Shown: positions 39,501-50,125 of the stretch, piece after piece | How the letters are laid out: each line of letters starts with the position of its first letter | Position numbering within the stretch: position 1 is the stretch's first letter | NCBI GenBank assembly: GCA_036172245.1 | Contig: JAYWIR010000102.1 | Span: 124,001 to 184,273, forward strand | Origin: Raillietiella orientalis | Taxonomy: Eukaryota | Direction of reading: 5' to 3' | DNA: 60,273 nt | The notes under the pieces: generated by a model | Database searches by the model: none | What the model was told of the DNA's origin: nothing | The model's input: only the letters and a program-made list of their open reading frames with translations | Translations under genes and position numbers: made by a program

Positions 39501-42500
39501 CGGCACATGAGCCTTATTACGTACGGCGTCGGAAAGGGACGAGGAGGAGGGATCAGTCACATGGGAATGCGGACACGTTAGTAGCCTGAACGCAGAGTCA
39601 GCGATCCTTGTTCGTGCTTCTTCGGCAAGAAGCATTACCCCGAGGCATCCATCAGGAACACTTCCGTATAGGTATTCGTTTGATGATCCTTGGGTAAGAA
39701 TGCTTTGCTTCAGCGTATTTCGTATTATTTTATCAATCTTGGCCCATGACGATAGCGGATTCGTGCCAAGACGAAGGACATGCACTAATAATGGCAAGAA
39801 AAAGCATTTGATGGCGTCCAGTTTCTGCCATGCGCCTAAGCAGGAGTCGGCAATGATTTTAAAATGAGCGACGAAGGTATCCACGTTTCCATCATGCATG
39901 AGTGGAGCGAAGCAAATCGGTTTCCTTAGGTCATTACAAATATCTTCAAGGGAAAGGGGCGAAATAAATGCGCCGCTCCAGACATTGGGGAATTTTGCAC
40001 TCGTGGTGGGGAAGCTACGTGGTGATAGGAGTCGCATTTACAGGGATTTATTTGCAAGTTTGCAGCTCGGGTTGAATCCGCCAGTGTGGTGACGGCCAGT
40101 TGTAGCTCATTTATCGAGATAGCAATCAGCGCAACATCATCTGCATAAGCAAGCAGAAGTACCGCGTGTTTCAGGATTCTGATAAAGGCTTCTAGAGCGA
40201 TGGTGAATAACAGCCCACTTAGGGGACAACCTTGGCGCACTCCGGAACGAATCGGAATTGGGATCGTAAGTCCGTCCGAAGCCACCATCGTTGTCGTAGA
40301 TTCCGAATACATTTCCGCAATGATTCCGCGGAACTGACTACCCGCCCCTACCACGGTCAGCGTGTCTAGGATGAGCTGATGGGGGATGGAGGTAAACGCA
40401 TCTATCCATGCATTGGCGATGTCTTGGTGGTGCACTCGGGAGCGCTCGAGTGCGGTGGTCAGGACAAAGTTTTGCTCCAGCACGCCATCATAAGGAAGAA
40501 ATCCCTTTTGATGGTGTCCGAGTGTCCACAGGCGCAACCGTTTCGCAAGTATTTTGCAGAATAGTTTGCGAAACGTATTGGAGATTGCGACGAGGCGCAA
40601 CTGCGTGACATCTGCAGGGTCAGATGCTCCAGATTTAGGGATTAGGACTGTGCGTGATGTTTTCCAGTCGTTAGGGGTACGCAAGTGACGGACTCATGAA
40701 TTGTAAAGGGCTACAAGACAAGATCCGGCTGGACAGGATCCCCTCGGAGGGAATACGGGATTCCGTCATTTCCTGGCGCATTGTCTTGGGAGTTCCTTAA
40801 TGTGGAAAGAACTTCTTCAGGGTTCATGTTTGCACAATTCACTTCCGAAGAAGCCACGGTTAAAGGGCTTTCCTTGAGTATGTCCGCGTTCATTGTCTTT
40901 GCTGAGAACGTTTCACCACAAATAGTTTGAACTACAGATTTACAGCCGTTCAATTGAACGGTATTCGAGTGAAGAAGAGAGCGAATGGCTGGGATCGTTT
41001 CGGTTTCGCCGATACAGGGATTGAAGTAGTTTCGCTGAGGTAAGGCGAAAGCCATTGGAAGAGGATGCAGGCCCTGTGGAAGGGTTAAATGGGCGTATGT
41101 GGAATGTCGAAGTTATGGTGTTCCTAATTTCTTTGAGGGTATGCAGCTTACGTTGCCAAGTGCCATTAGACGTCGATTGTGCAAGAAGGGTCGTGAGGAT
41201 CGGAGTGTAAGGACTAAGGACGGAGTGTGTGCTCGTGTTGCGCGTGTGGCAGAACCTGTTGTGCTGCGGAGATATAGGGTGTAGGTTCGGTGGCGGAGTG
41301 CGAGGGGTACAAGGGAGTTGGATGTATCGGTTGTGTTTGCTGTTGTAAGCCTTCGGAGGAAGATGAATTTGAACTATGGAACTATGGGAGGCCCTGATCC
41401 TGTTGGCGTGCAGGCTGTTGTAGGGATAGGATGCGCTGTTTCTATGGCTACAGGTGTGGGGGGTTCGGGTGTCGCCATCGCATCAAAACGGTGAAATGTG
41501 GGTTTGGGCGAGAAGTGCGAAGTGGGGAGAGGGGTTCGTTGCTTTGATTTGGCAGGCGTATATGCCATCGCATGTGATTGTGTAATCCACGCTTAGAAGG
41601 GAAAGTAGCCATACAGTTAGGAATGTTACGTTGAAAAAAAAGGGGGACCGTGGAGGGTTGAAGGCGAGCGAAGTGTTTGAAGCACGGGTGATGTTGAGTA
41701 CGATAGGAGACTTCGGATTTGCATTTCCTACAGAGTAACCTGTGCTTGTGGAAAGGAAAGCCGTCGTCAAGTGACGTTTAAGAGACTGAAGTGTGTTGCT
41801 TGCATCGAGAGTTTGCGTTCTGCAGGGACAGGATGGCAGTATGCAGCATAGGGTGCGAGATACGGAAAATCGAACCAAAAGGACGTTGTTCGGTGTGAGA
41901 GCCACATCTTCGTTAGCTATGGATGGGAGTGGGAGGTTCGTAGTTGGAGGGGTAGTGGGACGGGTGGTGGCTGGAGGAGAGGATGGATAGGCAGGAAGGG
42001 TCCGATTGGGTGGTGGTGCAGCTAAACACTGTCTAGAAGATCGACGGAGGTGCTGGATTGCGATGATACTGTGGAGGAGGTCTTTTGCGCTATCCAGATG
42101 TAGAAGGTGAAGAGGAGGAGGTGTGCGGTGGCTGCGAAGTCAGAGGTGGAAAGCGGTCGTTTTGGTTCATCGTTGGAGAAGAATTCTGTTGTTGCGCAGA
42201 GCTATCCACGCTATCCACAGTGCGTGGAGCGCTTGGCACAGGTAAAGCTTCGCGTGGAATTTCGACCGAATCGGTGATCTTTTCGAGGGAACGCAATTCG
42301 ATGGAATCTTTTTCGCGGAGGGAGTCGCGGAAGCAGGGATGCAACCGTGTGGAAATAGCTTCTCGAGAGGCAGGAGTTGTTCTAAGGCGAACATGAGGTG
42401 GGTTGGGGGCAGTAATAGGATACTTTGTAGTTTGTTCTGGAGATGGAAAAGAGATACTGCAGTTCGGAGGAGACACGGTTCGAGGGAAGAATCTGTCTTC

Positions 42501-45500
42501 GGATCAGATCTAACAGGATTCAATGCGGGCTGAATAAATGCCTTCTTCGCAAGTTTCTCCATTCGATGAAGGAAGAGCGAGCGCCAGAACGTGCAGGAAG
42601 TTGTCTTTTCATCGAGGAATTCCTGCAGGCTGAAGATGATCCATGTTCCCAGCTCGGGAGAAAGTTACGAGGAGATTTCCTATGCACTACTCGAGGCTCG
42701 CGTTTTAAGGTGCCTGCATACGAGGGAAGAGATAAGGGAGGTTTCAGTGTGGAAGACGGAGGGGTACTACCATTAGGGGTAGCTGTTGAACGGAGTTTCT
42801 TGGTTATCGGATGAATCGCCTGTTTGTTCTCTATCTTCGCGGGAGCGTCATCGTTAGGACATGCAGAGAATGGGGCAGAAAGTTTGCTTCGAATTTCCGG
42901 AGGGATCGGTTGAAGCGCATCCTCACTGTCCAGGAATGTTTTTGCAGACACCTCGGGAGAAGGAGGGGATGGAATCGCATCGCGTTAGGAGAGGTTGTTC
43001 GTGGATGTGGCTCGAGGTAAGAGGCTATTTGCGGAGATTGGAGAGAATTTGACTTTTCTTGGGATCCTAGTGGGATATCGTCCCTCGGCTGTTCAAGACG
43101 CGCCGCATGACTTGGGCCGGCTTCCTCACCAAGAGGTTCAAACTAAGATGCTTTCTTAAATGTTGAGGTGCCACGCACGCTTCGGGTGTGCTTCACGCGG
43201 AAACCTTTGCGGTCCAGCTGAGAGGTACGCGCAGGGAAATTTCAACTTTTTCAGGGGAGGTCGGAAGTTCCCATGTTCGAGTGCATTGAGTGCACTTATG
43301 GGAAGCAGCAGAATAGTTCAGAAGGGCGGCAGTAAAGTTGCGGTCCTCACAAAAGTGAAAAGTAATTTCGGGGGTGACACCACGGATGCGTGAGATACGG
43401 AGCTTCCGCATTCTGGAGCGATTGTACGTTTCCTCAGCTGAGGAAGCAAACTTGCATCCCTCAGGTGGACATGGCCACGGTCGAGGGAGGGAAGGTATAG
43501 ACATCTGCCGGAAAGTCTAAGAAAGTGGGCTTGGAAGACGGTTTGATATTTTCCATGCTGAACGTGTCATGAGGCAAACAAACGAATATCGGATAAAAAT
43601 TAGAAATTACTGCGAAACCTTCAGCAGTACAGACGCGAGCGCGAGCGCCATGGACATGGTAAAAAAAAAAAAGTTTTCCGAACACGAGAGATAGCTCGCG
43701 AATACTGCTGTGTGTACACTAGCAGTGTATAAGCGCAATACAGGCACGCTATCACGTGGCTTGCCCGCGGTACGGGTCTGGTACAAGCATGCCACGTGGA
43801 CATGCCACCATCTTAGAAAAAATCAACAATCGCGATGCTATGGCAACCATTGCCAGCAATCCCACGTATCTCTACCACGCAATTTTCATTTTTCTTCAAA
43901 CCCTTTTTTTTTTTCATCAACTGTTATAAAGCTGTGGGAAAAAAAACAACAGTTAATTCAACCTAGGCAACGTCTGGATGGGGACAGGGCAAAAACTCTT
44001 ACCTTGCCCAACCAACAGCTCTGTAGTTAAATTACAGCAGCTGCGGACGACCAGAGGAAAATCCGTATATGGACAACGTACCACACTAATTTTCCGCACA
44101 CAGCTAGAGTACGTGTATATAGAGGTAGAAGAAAACGGTACATAATCACAAGTCGTCGCGAGAAAATTTCCCAGCACTACTTGCGGAGCTTCCACACGCC
44201 GGAGCCACGCTCAGACGCGTCTTGCCGTACCGTCTCACCTTGGCCGACCTGGTGAGCTCTTGTCCAGGTGCGCCGTCCGCGCCCGATGACCTGCTTCTCC
44301 TCTGACCACCGGTCTGTCCACCCCGGCGTTCGGTCTCCAGGATTTCTTCGAGCTGATTCGTCAGGGAGCGGGCGTGAGCGGAAACAGGAGAAAGAGTGCG
44401 TGGTCGTTGCTGCGGGTGCGGCGTGGGAGGGTCAGTCCCACTGGATCCTCGTGGGGATCCCCACGGCCAGGACTTTGAAGTACCTTGGCGTCCCGCTGCG
44501 CGACATCCGTCCAGTTGAAGCGTGGTCAGACTGTCTTCTCAAGGCAGCCAGTGCTCTGGGCCCGTTCCAAGTTGGAAGGTTCGTCTTGCTGGAGCGGGAA
44601 CACCATTCCATGGAAGCAGCGCTCCGACGTGCTCTTGATGGTGCGTTGGAGCTTTCATTGCAGCCGGCGTAGCAACCTTGTTTCCGGGGGAGTTGCCTCC
44701 CCGAACTGTGGGAGGTGCGGAGCAGCGGACACGCTCCCGCATCTGCTTTTCGACTGGGTTGTCCTCCAAGGGCTGTGGCGGAGGTTGGCCTCAGCTCTCC
44801 TGCACCATGGGGACACCGCAAGGATTTTGATGCGCAGCTTCTTTATGCCAGGCGGCCTGTCGTTAGGTGCGGTTGTCGCAACGATCCGTTACATCCGCAC
44901 CATCTTCACGGTCCGCCGCCAGTTGGAGTCGCAGGCGATTTTTCGAGAGGCCATCGGTTTATCCGGCGACAACATGACGACGGCTGCCAGGTGGGGCCTC
45001 ATCTTTCAGAAGTGAGAAGCGAGATCTCCGGCATCTCCAACGCCGCTTCTAAAAGGAAGACAAAGACCCCTGTCCCCAGCCCCCTTCCCATATTCCCCGT
45101 TCCCATATTTGTATTTTTCTATATATTTCCTTTATGGTCCTCCTCCCCTCCAATTCAGGGCTTTCCTTTTTACCGACCTACGTGTCCGGGAGCCCTGCCT
45201 TCGATCCTCTGTACACTTTGTCTGGGAACTTTTCTTCACGGATAAATTCTTTTTAAAATAAACGCCCCGGCGCCACCGAGTGAAAAGCAGCTAGCCACCC
45301 GCTAACCGCTCGACATCCCGTGCCTGCTCTGCGGACATGACGTGAATCTCCTACAGCAGCACGAAGTCAAAGGACGGCGCAAGATGGCGTCTCGTCTGCT
45401 GCTGTTGTCGGTTAGCCCGTCGACGTTCCACCAGGAGATTCGCAAATGATGGCGAGAGGCGATTCCCGGCATGAAGGCTGAGAAGGAGGCATCGTTTGCG

Positions 45501-48500
45501 GAACCCGTCACCTGAGTGGACGGGAAGCTGTCACGGTGGACGGGCACCTGAGGAAAGTGGGCATTCTCTACTCCGTCCTTGTCCTCCTCCGCGTCGGGGC
45601 AGGGGACTTTCTCCGGCCAGGACTCCTGCGTTCCCGTGCACATCTCACCTTCGCTTCCGAGAGCGAACTCCTCTTCTTCGGCAAGGGACATGTGCCACAT
45701 CGGCGTCTTGGAGCTGCGTTCAGAATTCCAGCGAGGTGCGGCGATGGAAGACAGTATTCTGGATTCCGCGTAGGAGTCCGAGATCTCGGACCCCTTCCTG
45801 GAGGCCAGACGTGTTGCTTCATCTTCGGCATCACTCCAGGCCGCCACGATACCACGAATGCAGCAAAGTGGTGCCAGGGCTGCAGCTGGACTGAGGGCGT
45901 CCCGCACGAAGACAAGACTGAAGATACATCCACCATTGCCACCATCCGGTATCCCAAGTGCCGTTTTAAGACGTTCCCAAAGAATCCGGACGGCAGGGCA
46001 TTCAACTAAGAGGTGGGGGAGCGACTCCCGCTCCCCACACCTGGCACACGCAGGATTTACTCTTCCCCGCGTCCAGTAGAAGCGGCGCGCGTTGCAGGGT
46101 AGACCCCAATGCAGCCACAGAAGCGCCGATTCTTGCCACTTCAGGGGAAGAATCCTGGATCCAAGTAGAACCGGGGGCCACTTCAGGTCATCCAATCGAA
46201 TGCCGAGCAGCTCGCCCCATCTTCTTGATCCACGCGGCTGGAGACTAGGGGTCGTTGCATCTGTCAACTCTCCCATGGTCCAGCCGCTCATCGTCTTCTC
46301 TCTGCCTGCGATACGGCAGCAGACTTGCCACCTTGGCTTCCGGCTTTCGTGAAGCGCCCTTTGGAGGAAGGGCATCGCCGTAACAAGGGGTGTGCCTTCC
46401 GCCCACGTGCAACTCGGTGGAAATTCAAGAATTTCACGGAGAGTTCGGCGGGCGTAAAATCCGACTCGCAGGCAGTTCATCTGGTCTTCGCACCTCTGGT
46501 TCAGCTTGGCCCAGGTGCCAGCAGTCTCTTCCAGCCAAGCGGAGGAGTTGGCAGGGCCACAAACCATCCAGTCGTTCTCCTTTGCCAGGGTTGCCATGCG
46601 GCCGAGCAGTAGACCGCATCTTCGAATCTTCCGGCCAGGGCACAGAAGAAACGATGCGAGTCCTTCGCAGCGGGACACACGCCTGGCCAGGAGACGGGCC
46701 GGAATGCACCAAGCGGTGCTCCACATCTTCGCTGCGATGGCGAGGGTCCGCCATCGCAGCTGGATTTCCACGCGCTCCAGCGTCAGGATGCTGAGACCGC
46801 CGTCCCGACGCGGAGCGCACAAGTCCTTCAAAGGGACTCGGGGCCTCCCCTTGCCCCAAAGAGCTATGCGGAGGAGGTCCTTCGTCCGCTTTTTAGATTC
46901 CACGGGGGCGGGGCAAACAAAAAGCAAGGGGCGGAGTATGGGGGCCGCGAAGGCGTTCCAAACCGCGGCCCGTTCCGGCAAGTGAAACTTGCCTTCCAGG
47001 AACGGGCCGATGCCCGACGGGCGAAGAGCGCGGCGGCGGAAAGAGAACCTGCCGCCGCTGCTACCGCCACCCGGCCGAGGGTCGCGCGGCGACCTCCGTC
47101 CCGCCGCTTCCCTGCCAACGACTTGGAGGTGGCTTCAGTTCGTCGTCACCGGCGAAAGTCGGCGCGCGCGGGACCGCCCTCGGGAAGGGGAGGAGGCTGC
47201 CTGTGGTCGGAAGGAACCCGTCCGCTGGCAGCGCACACCAGACGCGCGTCTCCCCGCAAGGGAAGATGCGCGCCCTCTTCCTGCAACGCGCACCGCGTGC
47301 TGCTTGCCTCCCGTGCCAAGCGGGCCCGCTGGAGCAGGATGGTCTCGCACCCGCTTCCGCCTCCCCGAGGCGTCATGGGCTTGGAGAGGAGGCAGCCCTC
47401 CTCCAGGGCGTGCCGCCTCGCTCGGGGAAAGTCGGGCGGGACGGAATCCGCAGCTCCCGATCTGGCTACATCGTCCGGCGGGAGAGGAACGTCTTCCGGA
47501 ACGGCCGAGCGTACCGGACCACCACGCGGGACTCACCAACGTGCACGTCAGCCGCGGAGTCGAGTCGCACGTGGGCCGAGAGCGTCCCCTCCTCCAATCC
47601 CCGCTTGGACACGGGAAGGTCCGGCGAGCCACCCGTCTCCACCACGAAGAAGATGAGCTCCCGCTTCTTCGCCGGCGGGGACTCCGCGCGCGTCCGTCCG
47701 GCATGGGTAGTTCGGGAAACTCGTAGGGCGGTTCGGCGCCTGGCTCCGCGTCGCAGGAGGCTGACGGCTCAGGTCACCTCGACAGCAGCAGCTTGTCGGA
47801 AGCGGCCTCGGCAACCGTGGCGCCGCGGTGGTCCTTCCGCGAGGAAGATCTTTGTCACACGCAAGCGGGAAGCCGAAGGTTGCATCGGCGAAGCGGGTGC
47901 GCCCCCGTGCAATTGGCGTCCATCACCTCGGGACGCACGGTCGAATCTGATTCGCTGCCCACCGACGCACCTCTGCCAGTTTCGCTCACTTCCGCGACGC
48001 CCCACCCATTCTTTGGGAACGAGGGCGTGTGCGGAAAGGGTGTTCCGTCCTTCCGTACCTTCCCGTCCTCTGACATCATCTTCGTGCATCTTTCAGGATA
48101 CCGGACTCGCCCCCTTCGATTTTCGAAAAGGTCGCGTGCCCTCGTTCCTGCTTCAGCGATCTCGAACGTTCGCTCCCGGTATCCCTACGCCGGCTGCTGC
48201 CAATCCGAAAGTTTGGCGCAAGCGCGAGCTGCTCTCCGGCACTTTGATGGCTCCCTGCTCGCTGCGACCTTCGCCACCTTTCCCGAGATTCCATCTGCGC
48301 TTCGGACTGCCCACAGGGGAATTCCCGAATGATGAAGACGAAGACGATTGTGTCCGGGAACCCGGAACGCCACCGGAGGACAACTCTCTGCAGCCGGCCC
48401 TGACTTCAGCCACGGATAAGCACGCGCCCTTCGAGGAAAACGTGCGTCCCGCGCCAACTCCCATCCGGGCGGTTCCGAGGTTGACAGCCAGCCGGAGAGA

Positions 48501-49434
48501 GAGAGAAAGACCAAAGCGGAAGCGGAGGGCCGCGATCGATGCTCACCAAAGTCGCAGAGTTCGCTCGGCTCTCGGAAACCTCGGCTGGCCTCTCTTCCGA
48601 AGAAGAGTGCATCGAGCTTGGTGCTGGACGGCGGACGTCGCGCCGGGTCTCGCGGAGATCTCCGAAGCGCTCCTGCAGATCTCCGTTGGAAGAGGGAGGA
48701 GGCTGTTCGTACCGATCATCCTTCGCACCCCAAGCAAACAGGCAAAGATGCAACAGGAACCGCCCACGCACCGTTCCTTGCGCTGGACGTCTCTGCTCTT
48801 TCGTGCGGAGGACCAGGGTGCCTCGAGCGCAACGCCGGCAGGGCTCCAGAGTGCGGATCCCTTCCGGGATCTGCTGGAACCGCCATCGGACGCGGACTCT
48901 GGCAATCGCGTGCGTGCGAACCCACAATCCAAGCGGCTGAGCAGTCTGAGACGCGCAAGAGTCGTTGGCGAAGTGCCGAAGCGCTCGGAAAGTGAGGGGC
49001 GCCATTTCGCGAACGTCATCTCAGCGTCGTCGCCATCCAGTTGTTTCGGAACGGCGTTGCAGAGACCTCGGATGCGCGGAGGATCGTCACCTGGAAACAC
49101 GCAAGGACAAACGAGCTGTTGGCGTGCAGCGTGCTGACGAATTCCCAAGGTGATTGCCGACCCCGTCGCCGTTTCTTCTCCGCATGCCGTTGCAAGAAAG
49201 AGGCTCTATCGGAGTCGGATGACGTCGTCGGACGAGGAAGAAGACTCGTCTCGTCCCGGCGACCATGGGTACCACTCGCTGCACTTCGACTCCACGTCCC
49301 GATTTCAATGCGAGGCTGGAGCTGAGGGAGAAGCGCATGGAAGAACCGCTTGCGTTCCCCGAACGACCCGTGCTAGTTTCGCACCGCACCGGCGTCTCCT
49401 GCGGGCGACTGCGCTGACTTCTGACGGAAGGTGA
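33600..49434 (+). CDS. Putative low-complexity (R/S/P/A-rich) orphan gene, interrupted by the 34965-47015 retroelement nest; exon structure unresolved
   Basis: GC-rich blocks 33600-34964 and 47016-49434 have long open frames and plus-strand splice-like signals (GTGCGT donors; TTTCAG, CCACAG, TTGACAG acceptors). The frame is continuous across the nest once it is removed. No recognisable domain. Confidence 0.35.
34965..36870 (-). mobile_element. L1/Tx1-like non-LTR fragment A (RT remnant, post-RT region, zf-RVT-like Cys domain, U-rich 3' UTR)
   Basis: RGTRQAENLSPLLFSIYFE and frameshifted AYADDL, YPGVP, MDGGLGL, LPLKWRESA...SLPHL. The last of these is clearly homologous to copies B and E. Confidence 0.8.
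36870..37014 (+). mobile_element. Isolated 3' tail (F) of the Tx1-like family
   Basis: Shares CTCCTTGGCTT with the tail at ~8670 and the terminal AATAAACGCCC...GCCAC motif with the tails at 8734-8781 and 45257-45298. Confidence 0.7.
37215..37978 (-). mobile_element. 5'-truncated L1/Tx1-like copy B (zf-RVT-like domain plus 3' tail) nested in copy C
   Basis: ALLDVPIEHLNCAPVLMDTSTLPLKWQESA...LCGERESL...PAASLADLCCLRRIVAAFS matches copies A and E. A variant terminal motif lies at 37241-37270. Confidence 0.8.
38205..44223 (-). mobile_element. Near full-length decayed non-LTR retrotransposon, R2 superfamily (NeSL/Utopia-like): N-terminal zinc fingers, RT, CCHC and RLE endonuclease
   Basis: RT motifs WKTSRTVLIPK, QKGFLPYDGVLEQNF, GVRQGCPLSGLLF, AYADD (39926-40684). 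Thumb region WQKLDAIK...EYLYGS...ADSAFRLL. HVLCHC...QRHNVV and RLE tail KY...IGALG.WDPEND...RDVYIKHI (38468-39100). Zinc-finger-like segments at ~41700-41900 and ~43200-43500. Many frameshifts and stops. Ends are defined by the interrupted host element. Confidence 0.9.
45299..47015 (-). mobile_element. L1/Tx1-like ORF2 C-terminal half (E, ~47015-45830) joined in frame to an acidic linker and the start of an APE endonuclease (G, ~45830-45299)
   Basis: The 559-aa ORF has LWGKGRPRV...RRDGGLSI, CARCGERESLPHLLVECP..RILW, then LRISWWNVDGL (APE motif I) and a frameshifted DFVLL*EIH (LQE motif). Confidence 0.85.
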
Positions 49435-50125
49435 TCTTGGGTGACCAAGTCGGATAACGGCACTCGCCCTCTTGCGGATGAGTTGCAACGCGCGTGGCGA
49501 GGGAAAACGGAAAGGCGAAGAGAGACGGAAGGGGGAAGAAGCATCGGAGGGAGGAGATTCTTGCGCGACTGCCGCATGGCGGAGGCTGATCGGATTTCCG
49601 CGTATCGGAATGGCTTTGCCGAGGTCGGGGGAAGGGGAAATTTCCTGCGGCAGCTCCGCACCAGAGTTCAAGCGAGTCGCTGGGCGTGGATGGTGGGACG
49701 GGGCGCATCCGTCGAAAGGCCCGGCGCCACCTGCCGCGGCGGCGGCGGCGGCGGCGCCCACGATCAGCTGTAGTCGCGTGGTTGCCTGCGGGGCGCGGCG
49801 GTTGCCCACGTCGAACGGCGAGCGACGGTCGTCCGGAGTGCAGGGCAAGACGGGAGGGCAAGGCAGGCCCGCGGAAGGCTCTTTCCCTTCGGAAGACGGG
49901 TTGATGCAGAGTGTCGGAAAGTGCAATTTTCCGCAAGGCGGGAAGAACTTGTCTTCTCTGTGCTGTCCGCGTGACGTCGGGAAGCGCATCGTTGGACAAA
50001 GCATGGCGCGTTGCCACCGTGCCCGACCGACGTGCAGGGGGGGGGGGGGAAACCTGCAGTGAAGATTGTGCACGATGAGTTGATGAGTTGACGGACGAGT
50101 TGTCAAAAGAAGAAAGCAATTCGTA

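Larger units (their letters stand above)
37015..45298 (+). mobile_element. L1/Tx1-like copy C, internally deleted and split into 37015-~37200, 37979-38204 and 44224-45298 by nested insertions
   Basis: Successive RT motifs in the correct order: ILESVVSPEQSYAVHGRSM, then KAPQGVNHELL...RRGIRQGESLIPLLF, then YRLTLADLVSSCPG, LKYLGVPL, CGRCGAADTLPHLLFD. Followed by a 3' UTR and the terminal motif. Confidence 0.8.

Noticed and set aside
43560..44223. HDV-like ribozyme at the 5' end of the R2-type element
   Set aside because: Expected from R2 biology, but no nested double pseudoknot with the conserved L3 and J4/2 residues could be identified by eye.
47203..49137. 644-aa ORF as a single-exon gene
   Set aside because: Very GC-rich DNA with several overlapping open frames, no domain, and internal splice-like signals; retained only as part of a tentative spliced gene.
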